A DNA stretch of 64,000 nucleotides. Source: Planktotalea sp. (GTDB taxonomy: Bacteria > Pseudomonadota > Alphaproteobacteria > Rhodobacterales > Rhodobacteraceae). Below are positions 18,521 to 27,322 of the stretch, one piece after another. Positions within the stretch are counted from its first letter, which is position 1. Every line of letters starts with the position of its first letter. The DNA is taken from contig CBFIGL010000013.1 of the NCBI GenBank assembly GCA_965662135.1, positions 11,353-75,352 on the forward strand, read 5' to 3'. The notes below the pieces were generated by a model. It was not told the DNA's origin and did not search any database. It saw only the letters and a program-made list of their open reading frames with translations. The position numbers were made by a program, and so were the translations under genes.

Positions 18521-20007
18521 GCGATTTATTGACCCGCGCGGAATATGCCGCGATTGCCGATAGCATTGATTTCCCGCGCTCTGCCTTTATCGATGGCGGT
18601 TTTCGTACAGGCACTGGCGCGCCGCTGAAAACGCTGAACCCCGCGACAGGGGAAGAGATTTGCACAATTGCTGCGTGCGGTGCAGATGACGTGAACACCG
18701 CTGTTGCGAAGGCGCGCGAGGCGTTTGACGGGGGTGCGTGGCGCACCACACATCCTACACAGCGTAAGGACATCTTGATCCGTCTCGCCAAGCTGATGAC
18801 GCGCAACAAGCGTGAGCTCGCGGTGATGGAAAGCCTTGAGAGCGGCAAGCCCATTGCCGATTGCGAGAACGTCGATATCCCCGAGGCAATTGCCACGATC
18901 AAATGGCATGCCGAAGCCATCGACAAAATCTACGATCAAACCAGCCCCACAGGGGATGATGCGATTTCAATGATCGTGCGCGAACCCATCGGCGTTGTCG
19001 CGGCGATCCTGCCATGGAACTTCCCGCTGCTGATGCTGGCATGGAAGATCGGCCCCGCTTTGGCAGCGGGCTGCTCCGTCATCGTGAAACCGGCCGAGCA
19101 AACCTCGCTTACTGCGCTGCGCATTGCCGAACTCGCCATGGAAGCCGGTCTGCCACGCGGCGTCTTGCAAGTGCTGCCGGGCGATGGTCCGTCAGTCGGC
19201 GAACCGCTTGGGATGCATATGGATGTGGACATGGTCAGCTTTACAGGCTCGACTGAAACGGGGCGGCGGTTCCTGCGCTATGCGGCTGATAGCAACCTTA
19301 AGAAGACTGTGCTCGAATGTGGTGGCAAGAACCCGGCTGTTGTCTTTGCCGATGCTGAACATCTCGGCCTCGTCGCGTCCCATGTAGTCAATGCGGCGTT
19401 CTGGAACATGGGCGAAAACTGCTCTGCCGCGTCGCGCCTGATCGTGCATGAAAGCGTCAAAGACGAACTTCTGACCCACATCACAGCACAAATGCGCGAA
19501 TGGAAAACAGGCGATCCGCTTGACCCGCAAAACCACCTCGGTGCGCTGATTGATGCAGAGCATTGCAGCAAAGTTGCTGGATATCTCAAAGGGGATGCGT
19601 TGATCGGGGGCACGCAAGATGGACCCTATGTCATGCCCACAGTCTATGACATCGACAAAGATGATCCGCGCGCGCGTGAGGAAATTTTTGGCCCGATCCT
19701 TAGCGTTCTGACTGTTGCAAGCGACGAAGAAGCTATCGCGCTGGCCAATGATACTGACTACGGCCTTGCCGCCTCGGTCTTTACAGCCAATACCCGTCGC
19801 GCAATTCGTGCTGCGCGTGCGATCCGCGCAGGCACAGTGACTGTGAATTGCTATGGCGAAGGCGATATCGCGACGCCTTTTGGTGGCTACAAACAATCCG
19901 GCTTTGGCGGACGCGACAATGGTGTTCACGCCCACGATCAATACACCGAACTCAAGACAATCTGGATTGATCTGAGCGATCCCAATGACGCGGATGCATT
20001 GACATGA
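18517..20007 (+). CDS. NAD-dependent aldehyde dehydrogenase (PuuC-like)
   Basis: PWNFP, FTGSTETG, LECGGK, catalytic GENCSA, EEIFGP and PFGGYKQSG motifs. Confidence 0.92.
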   Translation: MSDLLTRAEYAAIADSIDFPRSAFIDGGFRTGTGAPLKTLNPATGEEICTIAACGADDVNTAVAKAREAFDGGAWRTTHPTQRKDILIRLAKLMTRNKRELAVMESLESGKPIADCENVDIPEAIATIKWHAEAIDKIYDQTSPTGDDAISMIVREPIGVVAAILPWNFPLLMLAWKIGPALAAGCSVIVKPAEQTSLTALRIAELAMEAGLPRGVLQVLPGDGPSVGEPLGMHMDVDMVSFTGSTETGRRFLRYAADSNLKKTVLECGGKNPAVVFADAEHLGLVASHVVNAAFWNMGENCSAASRLIVHESVKDELLTHITAQMREWKTGDPLDPQNHLGALIDAEHCSKVAGYLKGDALIGGTQDGPYVMPTVYDIDKDDPRAREEIFGPILSVLTVASDEEAIALANDTDYGLAASVFTANTRRAIRAARAIRAGTVTVNCYGEGDIATPFGGYKQSGFGGRDNGVHAHDQYTELKTIWIDLSDPNDADALT

Positions 20008-20765
20008 AGCGCATAGGCTTCATCGGCTCGGGTCATATTGCGGCCCCGATGGTGCGTTTCCTCGCGTCTAAAGGACATGAGGTCCTTGTATCAGAGCGCG
20101 GTGCAGACGTTGCGGCAGACCTTGCCGCGAGTGTCGGCGCGAAGGTCATGGCGAACCAAGCGGTTGTCGATAATTCTGACATTGTGTTTTTGTGCCTGCG
20201 CCCCGCGGTTTGGGAAAGCATCGTCAAGGATCTGAATTTTCGTGCAGAGCAGCAAGTCGTTTCAGTCATGGCGGATGTGTCTGTCGCGGCGCTTCTGGAC
20301 GCGATTGCTCCAGCGACCGACATTTCGATTACGATCCCGATAGGCTTTTTGGAACGCGGTGGATGTCCTTTGCCTGCCTTCCCGAAAGCCGAGCCGCTTG
20401 CGAGCCTGTTCAGCCCTGAAAACCCTGTGATCCCGCTAAATGAAGAGGTGCAGATCGCAGATCATTTTGCCGCGTCTGCACTGCTTTCGGCGGCATTGAC
20501 AGTGATGAAAGACGGCGTGGATTGGCTGGGTGAGCAAACCGGAAATCCAAACGGTGCAGATACATATGTTGCCGCGCTGGTCGCGGGTTTCATGCGCGAT
20601 ATCCCCAAAGACGGGCAGGGACGTATCTTAGAGGCGCGCTCTGCACTGGCCTCACCAAATACGCTGAACCGCGCGGTGGTTGATGCGATGGAGGCGGCGG
20701 ATACCCGGTTGCTCATTCGCAACGTTTTGCAAGATTTGAGCGACAAGATGAAGGACGGATCATGA
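20004..20765 (+). CDS. Pyrroline-5-carboxylate reductase-like NAD(P)H oxidoreductase
   Basis: IGFIGSGHIA Rossmann motif, SDIVFLCLRP, and a divergent C-terminal ASPNTLN in place of SPGGTT. Confidence 0.7.
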   Translation: MKRIGFIGSGHIAAPMVRFLASKGHEVLVSERGADVAADLAASVGAKVMANQAVVDNSDIVFLCLRPAVWESIVKDLNFRAEQQVVSVMADVSVAALLDAIAPATDISITIPIGFLERGGCPLPAFPKAEPLASLFSPENPVIPLNEEVQIADHFAASALLSAALTVMKDGVDWLGEQTGNPNGADTYVAALVAGFMRDIPKDGQGRILEARSALASPNTLNRAVVDAMEAADTRLLIRNVLQDLSDKMKDGS

Positions 20766-22312
20766 GCGTGGATGCTGTTGGAACCACACGCCGTGGACGC
20801 GGGGCCCGGCGCACCATCCGCCAAACGCGCGATGTGAAAATGCTACCCGCGTTGAAGCGTGGTATCCCGTTAACAGAACCGATGGACGCGGAACAAATTG
20901 CGCGCATTGATGAAGCGTCTATGGACATTCTGGAAGACGTCGGCGTGGTTTTTCGCGACGAGATCGCGTTAGAGGACTGGCGGCGTGTGGGCGCAGATGT
21001 GCGCGGTGAAACCGTGCATCTGGACCGCGCTTTGGTGCGCGAGTTGATCGCGAGCATCCCCGAAACCTTCACTTATCATGCACGCAATCCAGCCAACAAC
21101 CTGCCCTTCGGCAAGGACCATTCGATCTTCGTGCCTATGACAGGCGCGCCCTATTTGCGCGATCTGGATGATATACGTCGTAACCCGACACTGGATGATC
21201 TGGCGAACTTTCACAAACTCAGCCACATGCTTCCCGCGATGCACTCAAGCGCACATCACATTGTGGAACCCTATGATCATCCGATCAGTCAGCGCCATTT
21301 ACGCATCACTTATTCGTCGATGAAACATTCCGACAAGACGTTCATGGGGATGACCACCAGCCCGAAGAATGCTGAAGATGTGCTCGACATGGCGGCGATC
21401 CTGTTCGGGGAAGAGTTTCTTGAAACGCATCCTGTGGTGACGGGCAATTGCAACGGGAACTCGCCACTAGTGTGGGACGAAACGATGCTTGGCGCATTGC
21501 GTGCATTCTCAAGGCGCAATCAGCCGGTTTTGTGCTCGCCTTTCGTTTTGGGTGGGGCGAATACACCAGCATCAGTGGCGCCAACGGTGGCGCAGCTGAA
21601 TGCCGAAGCATTGAGTGCGCTGGCCTATACACAAGTGATCCGCAAAGGCGCGCCAGCGATCTATGGGCATTATTTGAGCACCGTGTCGATGAAGTCCGGC
21701 GCACCAATGGCAGGCACGCCTGAAATCAGCTTGATGAACATGATGATCGGACAAATGGCGCGGTTCTACAGCGTGCCCTGGCGTACCTCAAATACGCTAG
21801 GCGGCGCGAAAACCTTTGACGCGCAAGCGGGCTATGAAAGTGCGACGACCTTGATGGCGGTGATGATGTCGGGTGCGAATTACATCTGGCATTCTGCGGG
21901 TTGGAACGAGGCAGGGATGCATTGTTCCATGGCGAAATTCGTGGTCGATGCCGAACAATGTGCGATGGCCTATCGCATGGCACAAGGTATCAACTGGGAT
22001 GATTTTGCTGAAGGCTTAGCCGCCGTGCGCGACGTTGGTCCCGGAGGGCATTACTTGGGGCATCCGCATACTTTGGAGAATTTTCAACGCGCTTACTTCA
22101 TGCCGGAATTGTTCGACAACAATTCAATCGAGCAGTGGCAGGCAGACGGCGCGGTCGAGATTAATGAACGTGCTTTGAGCCAAGTGCGCACGATGCTGGG
22201 CGAGTATGAAGAACCTAAGCTGGATGCAGGTGTGAACGAGGCGCTCTTGGATTATATAGCGCGGCGCGAGCGGGAAATCCCGGCTGCGGATGCGCTTAAT
22301 CAAGAGTATTAA
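20762..22312 (+). CDS. MttB/MtgB-superfamily (trimethylamine/betaine methyltransferase-like) protein, no pyrrolysine
   Basis: NSPLVWD, GTPE, AKTFDAQAGYES and VGPGGHYLG motifs. No in-frame TAG. Confidence 0.88.
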   Translation: MSVDAVGTTRRGRGARRTIRQTRDVKMLPALKRGIPLTEPMDAEQIARIDEASMDILEDVGVVFRDEIALEDWRRVGADVRGETVHLDRALVRELIASIPETFTYHARNPANNLPFGKDHSIFVPMTGAPYLRDLDDIRRNPTLDDLANFHKLSHMLPAMHSSAHHIVEPYDHPISQRHLRITYSSMKHSDKTFMGMTTSPKNAEDVLDMAAILFGEEFLETHPVVTGNCNGNSPLVWDETMLGALRAFSRRNQPVLCSPFVLGGANTPASVAPTVAQLNAEALSALAYTQVIRKGAPAIYGHYLSTVSMKSGAPMAGTPEISLMNMMIGQMARFYSVPWRTSNTLGGAKTFDAQAGYESATTLMAVMMSGANYIWHSAGWNEAGMHCSMAKFVVDAEQCAMAYRMAQGINWDDFAEGLAAVRDVGPGGHYLGHPHTLENFQRAYFMPELFDNNSIEQWQADGAVEINERALSQVRTMLGEYEEPKLDAGVNEALLDYIARREREIPAADALNQEY

Positions 22313-22353
22313 CCTTTGGCCGACGGGCCCTTCGGGGAGAGTTTAAAAGCAAG

Positions 22354-23688
22354 ATGAAGATTACGCGGTTTCCTTCAAATCCGGGCCCTGCGGCGTGGGA
22401 TGCTATTCTGCCTGCGCGGGATGGTTTTGGCGCGCTTGAGACAGATGAAATCGTTGATTGGTTGGTGATTGGTGCGGGTTTTGCGGGACTCGCGGCCGCG
22501 CGGCGGTTGGCGCAGCTATGTCCTGACGACAAAATCACCGTGCTGGATGCGTTGCGCGTTGGTGACGGGCCAGCAGGGCGTAACACGGGGTTTATGATTG
22601 ATCTACCGCATGATCTGGCCTCGTCGGATTATGGCGGTGATCTGGAAGCGGATCGCGCGACCATAGCGCACAATCGTTCGGCGATGTCTTTCGCGCGCGA
22701 AATGGTGCATGAATGGGACCTGCCCGATGAAGCGTTTCGCGAAGTAGGCAAGATTAACGGGGCGGCCGGTGCAAAGGGCATGGCGCATAATGCGCAATAC
22801 GCCGCCCATCTGAGCAAACTAGGCGAGCCGAGCGAGTTGCTTGACGCCGCACAGATGCGCGAGATCACGGGAAGTACCTACTATCAAGGCGGGTTGTTCA
22901 CCCCTGGAACAGTCATGTTGCAGCCCGCGCTTTTTGTGCGCGCTGTCGCTGCGAAACTGCGCTCTAACCGTGTGACGCTTTACGAGCAAAGTCCAGTGCG
23001 TTCGCTGGAACGTGTCGGTGGCATCTGGAACGCGCGTACAGACCGTGGTGCGGTCAAAGCGCCCAAGGTGATCCTAGCCGTGAACGGTCATGCGCAGAGT
23101 TTCGGGCAATTCAAGCGCCGTCTTGTGCATGTCTACACCTATGGATCGATGAGCAGTCCGATGGATGGTGAAACCGTGAAAAAGCTGGGCGGCGATCCCA
23201 ATTGGGGCCTGACGCCCGCCGATCCTTTGGGCAGCACCGTGCGGCGTGTAAGCGGCACAGGTGGTGATCGTCTGATCGTGCGCAATCGCTTTACGTATGA
23301 GCCGTCAATGTCAGTCAGCCCCGCCAAGTTAAAGCGTATCTGGCGCACACACGATAAAAGCTTTGCAGCGCGATTTCCCCGGCTTGCAGGTGTTGAAATG
23401 GAGCATCGTTGGGGCGGTCATTTGTGTTTGTCGCTCAACAATGTGCCAGCCTTCGGCGAGGTTGAGGATGGGTTGTTCAGCGCGTGTTGCCAGAACGGAC
23501 TGGGGACAGTGCAAGGGACGTTGGGCGGGATGATGGCAGCTGAAATGGCCTGCGGGCATCAGTCGGACATGCTGTGCGATATGCAAGCGCTGGACTTGCC
23601 CCAAAAACTGCCGCCAGCGCCGCTTGCCACAATCGGCGCGCGTGCGCGTCTGATCTGGGGTGAAAAGAAAGCGGGGGCGGAACTCTAA
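22354..23688 (+). CDS. FAD-dependent amine oxidoreductase (PuuB/OrdL, DAO family)
   Basis: VIGAGFAG, GPAGRNTGF, EHRWGG and CQNGLGTVQG motifs. Confidence 0.85.
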   Translation: MKITRFPSNPGPAAWDAILPARDGFGALETDEIVDWLVIGAGFAGLAAARRLAQLCPDDKITVLDALRVGDGPAGRNTGFMIDLPHDLASSDYGGDLEADRATIAHNRSAMSFAREMVHEWDLPDEAFREVGKINGAAGAKGMAHNAQYAAHLSKLGEPSELLDAAQMREITGSTYYQGGLFTPGTVMLQPALFVRAVAAKLRSNRVTLYEQSPVRSLERVGGIWNARTDRGAVKAPKVILAVNGHAQSFGQFKRRLVHVYTYGSMSSPMDGETVKKLGGDPNWGLTPADPLGSTVRRVSGTGGDRLIVRNRFTYEPSMSVSPAKLKRIWRTHDKSFAARFPRLAGVEMEHRWGGHLCLSLNNVPAFGEVEDGLFSACCQNGLGTVQGTLGGMMAAEMACGHQSDMLCDMQALDLPQKLPPAPLATIGARARLIWGEKKAGAEL

Positions 23689-23704
23689 GCTCCGCCCCCT
23701 TATT
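23673..23704. terminator. Intrinsic terminator hairpin between convergent operons
   Basis: GGGGGCGGA...TCCGCCCCC stem followed by TTATT. Confidence 0.6.
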
Positions 23705-23725
23705 AAGGATTGTTGTGTGGAAGGT

Positions 23726-25036
23726 TTAAACCTTCCCTTTCCATGGGACGAGCCAAGTCTCCAAAGCGCGCACACCCACGTCGATCAAAAAGCCGATGAT
23801 ACCGATCAAGATGATGCCCACCAGAACGATATCCGTTAACTGGAACTTGGAGGCGACAACAATCATTTTGCCAAGACCAACCTCGGCCGCAACAAGCTCT
23901 GCCGCCACAACTGTACCCCAGCACACGCCCATCGCAACGCGCGCGCCTGTGAAGATCTCAGGCAAAGAGTTCGGCACAATGACCTTGGTCAGGATCTGCC
24001 ACTTGGATGCCCCAAGCGAATAGGCCGCATGTACCTTGGCAATCGCAACACCGGACACACCAGAGCGTGCTGCGATAATCATGATCCAAAGGGCAGCAAG
24101 AAACAGCAAGATCACTTTGGATGTTTCGCCAATGCCAAACCAGATGATCATCAGGGGGATCAAAGCAAGCGGTGGAACCGGACGCATGAACTCCACGATT
24201 GGATCAAACCAGCCGCGTGACCAGTTTGTCAGACCCATCGCATAGCCCAAAGGAATTCCGACAAGCGACCCGAGCAAGAACCCCCAGAGAACCCGAGAGA
24301 CGGATTTCCATGTGTGCTCCCACAAAGTGAAGTCTTGATAGCCTTCTTTGTTGAGGCGGATGAAACGCTCCATCACGACTTCAGGGGCAGGCAGATAAAG
24401 ACGCGCCATTCGCAAACCAGTGGCTGGTGCAAATGTGGGTGTGCCTTTGTCGGTCAGCCCGACCATACCCTCTGGGGTTTTGATCTTTTCGCCCGGGGCG
24501 ATAGCTTGGCCATTGATCGCTGTGATCTTGGAGCCGTCTTTCTTGGATGCCTCGTCGTTCTTCCAAACGTCGATTACTTTAAAGCTATAACGCGCAGCGG
24601 TCAGCGTGTCGTTCTTGGCGAACCCATCGCCAGGCTCAACTTCGGCGGCAGCAGGTTCACGACCTGGATTGCCATCTTCATCAACAGTTTGCTGAATGTC
24701 TTCGCGATACACACGTATTGTCACTGTGGCGTCGTCTGACGTGCCATCCTCAAGGGTGGCTGTATAGGTAAACGTCGCATCTCCTTGAAACGGGCCGGGC
24801 AGTTTGGGCAACGGGATTGCTGAGTTTGTGAACGCTACCCAAAGCCAGAACACAGTCGCCACCGAAATAATCGAAGCGACGCGGTTGGCTTTGACGGCGC
24901 TTTCATCACCAAAGGTTACAGTCTTGAGTGAGTTGAACCCGTCACGCTGGAAATATTTGGTAAGCAGTCGCGACAAGACCAGATAGCTGCCAAAGAAAGC
25001 AACAAGATAGAGTGAGAAAATTAATAGACCGCTCAT
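23726..25036 (-). CDS. tauC: Taurine ABC permease with large periplasmic beta-rich insertion
   Basis: RPVPPLAL, AAYSLGAS (EAA loop) and WGTVVAAEL motifs. 436 aa, much longer than a typical TauC. Confidence 0.85.
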   Translation of the reverse strand: MSGLLIFSLYLVAFFGSYLVLSRLLTKYFQRDGFNSLKTVTFGDESAVKANRVASIISVATVFWLWVAFTNSAIPLPKLPGPFQGDATFTYTATLEDGTSDDATVTIRVYREDIQQTVDEDGNPGREPAAAEVEPGDGFAKNDTLTAARYSFKVIDVWKNDEASKKDGSKITAINGQAIAPGEKIKTPEGMVGLTDKGTPTFAPATGLRMARLYLPAPEVVMERFIRLNKEGYQDFTLWEHTWKSVSRVLWGFLLGSLVGIPLGYAMGLTNWSRGWFDPIVEFMRPVPPLALIPLMIIWFGIGETSKVILLFLAALWIMIIAARSGVSGVAIAKVHAAYSLGASKWQILTKVIVPNSLPEIFTGARVAMGVCWGTVVAAELVAAEVGLGKMIVVASKFQLTDIVLVGIILIGIIGFLIDVGVRALETWLVPWKGKV

Positions 25037-25839
25037 GATGCGTCCTCCGTCCGGCCCATGATTTCTTCTTCCATGCTCCAGATCATTTCGAGAATTTCTT
25101 CGCGTGTGCTGCTGTAATCAGCATGTTTCTTCACTTCGCGCAAATCATTGCCAACGCCAAGATCGGCAAATGGCAAACGGTACTCTTTGTGAACGCGACC
25201 TGGACGCGGGGCCATAACCAACAAACGCTCGCCCAAAAGCAGCGCTTCTTCGACAGAGTGGGTGATCAGAATGATCGTCTTACCCGTCTCTCGCCACAGA
25301 TCAAGTACCAGACCTTGCATCTTTTCGCGCGTCAAAGCGTCCAAAGCGCCAAGCGGTTCGTCCATCAAGATCACATCGGGGTCATTGGCCAAGCAACGGG
25401 CCAAAGCCACACGTTGCTGCATGCCGCCTGATAGCTCGTAGATCGCTTTCTCTTTAAAGTCGCCCAAACCGACGACTTCAAGAAGATGTTCAACTTTCTC
25501 TTTGCTTTCCGCGCGGCTGACACCTGCCATGTCGGGGCCGAAGCTGACGTTTTCACGCACCGTCATCCATTCGAACAAAGCGCCCTGCTGGAAAACCATG
25601 CCACGATCGGCGCTGGGTCCAACGACCTTCTTTTCATTCAGAATGATGTTGCCTTCGGTCGGGGCAAGGAAACCGGCCACGATGTTCAAAAGCGTGGTCT
25701 TGCCGCAACCTGACGGTCCAAGCACGCTCATCAGCTCGCCGGATTTAATATCTAGGGATACGTTTTGCAGCGCTTGCACATGCCCGCCATTGGGCAACTC
25801 AAAACGCATGGAAACATTGTCAATTTGAAGTCCAGACAT
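25033..25839 (-). CDS. tauB: Taurine ABC ATP-binding protein
   Basis: GPSGCGKT, LSGGMQQR and MDEPLGALD motifs. Confidence 0.9.
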   Translation of the reverse strand: MSGLQIDNVSMRFELPNGGHVQALQNVSLDIKSGELMSVLGPSGCGKTTLLNIVAGFLAPTEGNIILNEKKVVGPSADRGMVFQQGALFEWMTVRENVSFGPDMAGVSRAESKEKVEHLLEVVGLGDFKEKAIYELSGGMQQRVALARCLANDPDVILMDEPLGALDALTREKMQGLVLDLWRETGKTIILITHSVEEALLLGERLLVMAPRPGRVHKEYRLPFADLGVGNDLREVKKHADYSSTREEILEMIWSMEEEIMGRTEDAS

Positions 25840-25886
25840 CTGTTCCTCTCCGCCCCTTAACGGAGCTGCTATCTAGGTAAAATGAA

Positions 25887-25913
25887 GGCGGGTACTTTGT
25901 TCAAATACCCGCC
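25887..25913 (-). terminator. Hairpin between tauA and tauB (attenuator or mRNA stabiliser)
   Basis: GGCGGGTA...TACCCGCC inverted repeat just after the tauA stop. Confidence 0.55.
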
Positions 25914-25929
25914 TCACATTGTTTAAGTC

Positions 25930-26928
25930 TTACTTGATTGCTTCAAGTGGACCTGTGTTTACGTTGTCGGCATAAGACTCTTTAGCCGCGTCGATAGAAC
26001 CGGCAGCCACGAAGACGTCTGCAACGCCTTTCATGAAGTCCTGAGCGGTGCCACCAAGCCATGCGTCGGACAGCTGGCCAGCAACGTCTGGGAACTCAAA
26101 CGTGGACAGGCTGGAAGCTGCATCTGCTTCGGACATACCCGCGTCTTTTGCGATCACTGGCAACATCTTCGCCTGGTTTGCTTCATCAGCCCACATCGCG
26201 TTTGCGTCTGCTGTGACTTTCAAGAATTTCGCAACCATGTCGGAATTTTCAGCAACGAAGGATGTTGGCGCTGTTGTTGCGTCAAATACCAGGATGCCCA
26301 GTTCCATTTTCTCTGCGCCAGTCAAAAGAATGTTGCCGCTCTCTTTCATACGCTTAAGAGCACCGCCCCAACCGCAGGCCATGTCGACAGACCCTTGCGC
26401 CAAAGCCGCTTGGCCTTCCGCAGGTGCCATGTCCACAACTGTGAGGCTTGCAACGTCAACGCCAAAGTGGCTCATCTGCTTCAAGAAACCGTAGTGTGCC
26501 GCTGTACCAAGTGGAACCGCAACTCTCTTGCCAGCCAATTCAGCCGCAGAATCTTTGTCGATCTCAAGCGCGGCGGCAACAACACAGTTGTCGTTATCAG
26601 CGTAGGAAACCGCAACGTCGACAACCTGAAGGTCTTGACCGGCAGATGTTGCAACAACGAAGGGCGGGATGCCTTGGGAAACGGACAACTGAACATCGCC
26701 AGATGCCATCGCTGCGGACATTGCGGTGCCTGTGTCGAAGGCAACCCACTTTACTTCTGTGCCAAGCGCTTCGTCATACATGCCTTCAGCTTTTGCGAAC
26801 TGGAATGGCATTGGCCACTCTAGGAAATAGCCAACTGTCAGGCCGCCATGACCGTCTGCCATTGCTTGCGCGCCGGACAGCATTGCAACGCCTGCTACAG
26901 CGCTCATGAGTTTGGTTTTAAGTGTCAT
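25930..26928 (-). CDS. tauA: Taurine ABC substrate-binding protein
   Basis: Signal peptide, FDTG...AMASGDV and GKRVAVPLGTAAHY motifs. Divergent from tpa. Confidence 0.88.
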   Translation of the reverse strand: MTLKTKLMSAVAGVAMLSGAQAMADGHGGLTVGYFLEWPMPFQFAKAEGMYDEALGTEVKWVAFDTGTAMSAAMASGDVQLSVSQGIPPFVVATSAGQDLQVVDVAVSYADNDNCVVAAALEIDKDSAAELAGKRVAVPLGTAAHYGFLKQMSHFGVDVASLTVVDMAPAEGQAALAQGSVDMACGWGGALKRMKESGNILLTGAEKMELGILVFDATTAPTSFVAENSDMVAKFLKVTADANAMWADEANQAKMLPVIAKDAGMSEADAASSLSTFEFPDVAGQLSDAWLGGTAQDFMKGVADVFVAAGSIDAAKESYADNVNTGPLEAIK

Positions 26929-27186
26929 TTAGTCTTCTCCCGTTGGTGCACCCGAAAGTGCTAGGTCCGGCCATTTTGCCGGTTGGATTAGAATCCCGCC
27001 CGAGGGCAAGGTCTTGCGTCGCTCAAATCAACGCAAAACGTGATGTCATGCAAATTGTTTTTGCATTCGTGCACCCGCAACAAGCCACGTTTCTTAATCT
27101 CGGGCAACTCACAAATTTGAAAATTGGCTTGGAATTCAGAAAGATATCCTCTGATTTGATCAAAATTTAATCTGCCTTGCATGAAT

Positions 27187-27219
27187 TTGGACCTAAATAG
27201 GGAAATGAACTGGCCCTAT
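27187..27219 (+). promoter_or_regulatory. Putative TauR direct-repeat operator, tauA/tpa divergent promoter
   Basis: TTGGACCTAA-N13-CTGGCCCTAT. Confidence 0.65.
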
Positions 27220-27322
27220 CAGAGACTCATCTTTGCGTATGAGTTGCACCTATCACACTCCCGATAAAACGGGAGATATATGCTCGCCGCAAAGTCAGGC
27301 GATATTTACAAGGGTTAATACA

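Noticed and set aside
20762-22312. Pyrrolysine-containing MttB
   Set aside because: No in-frame amber codon and no pyl genes in the window.
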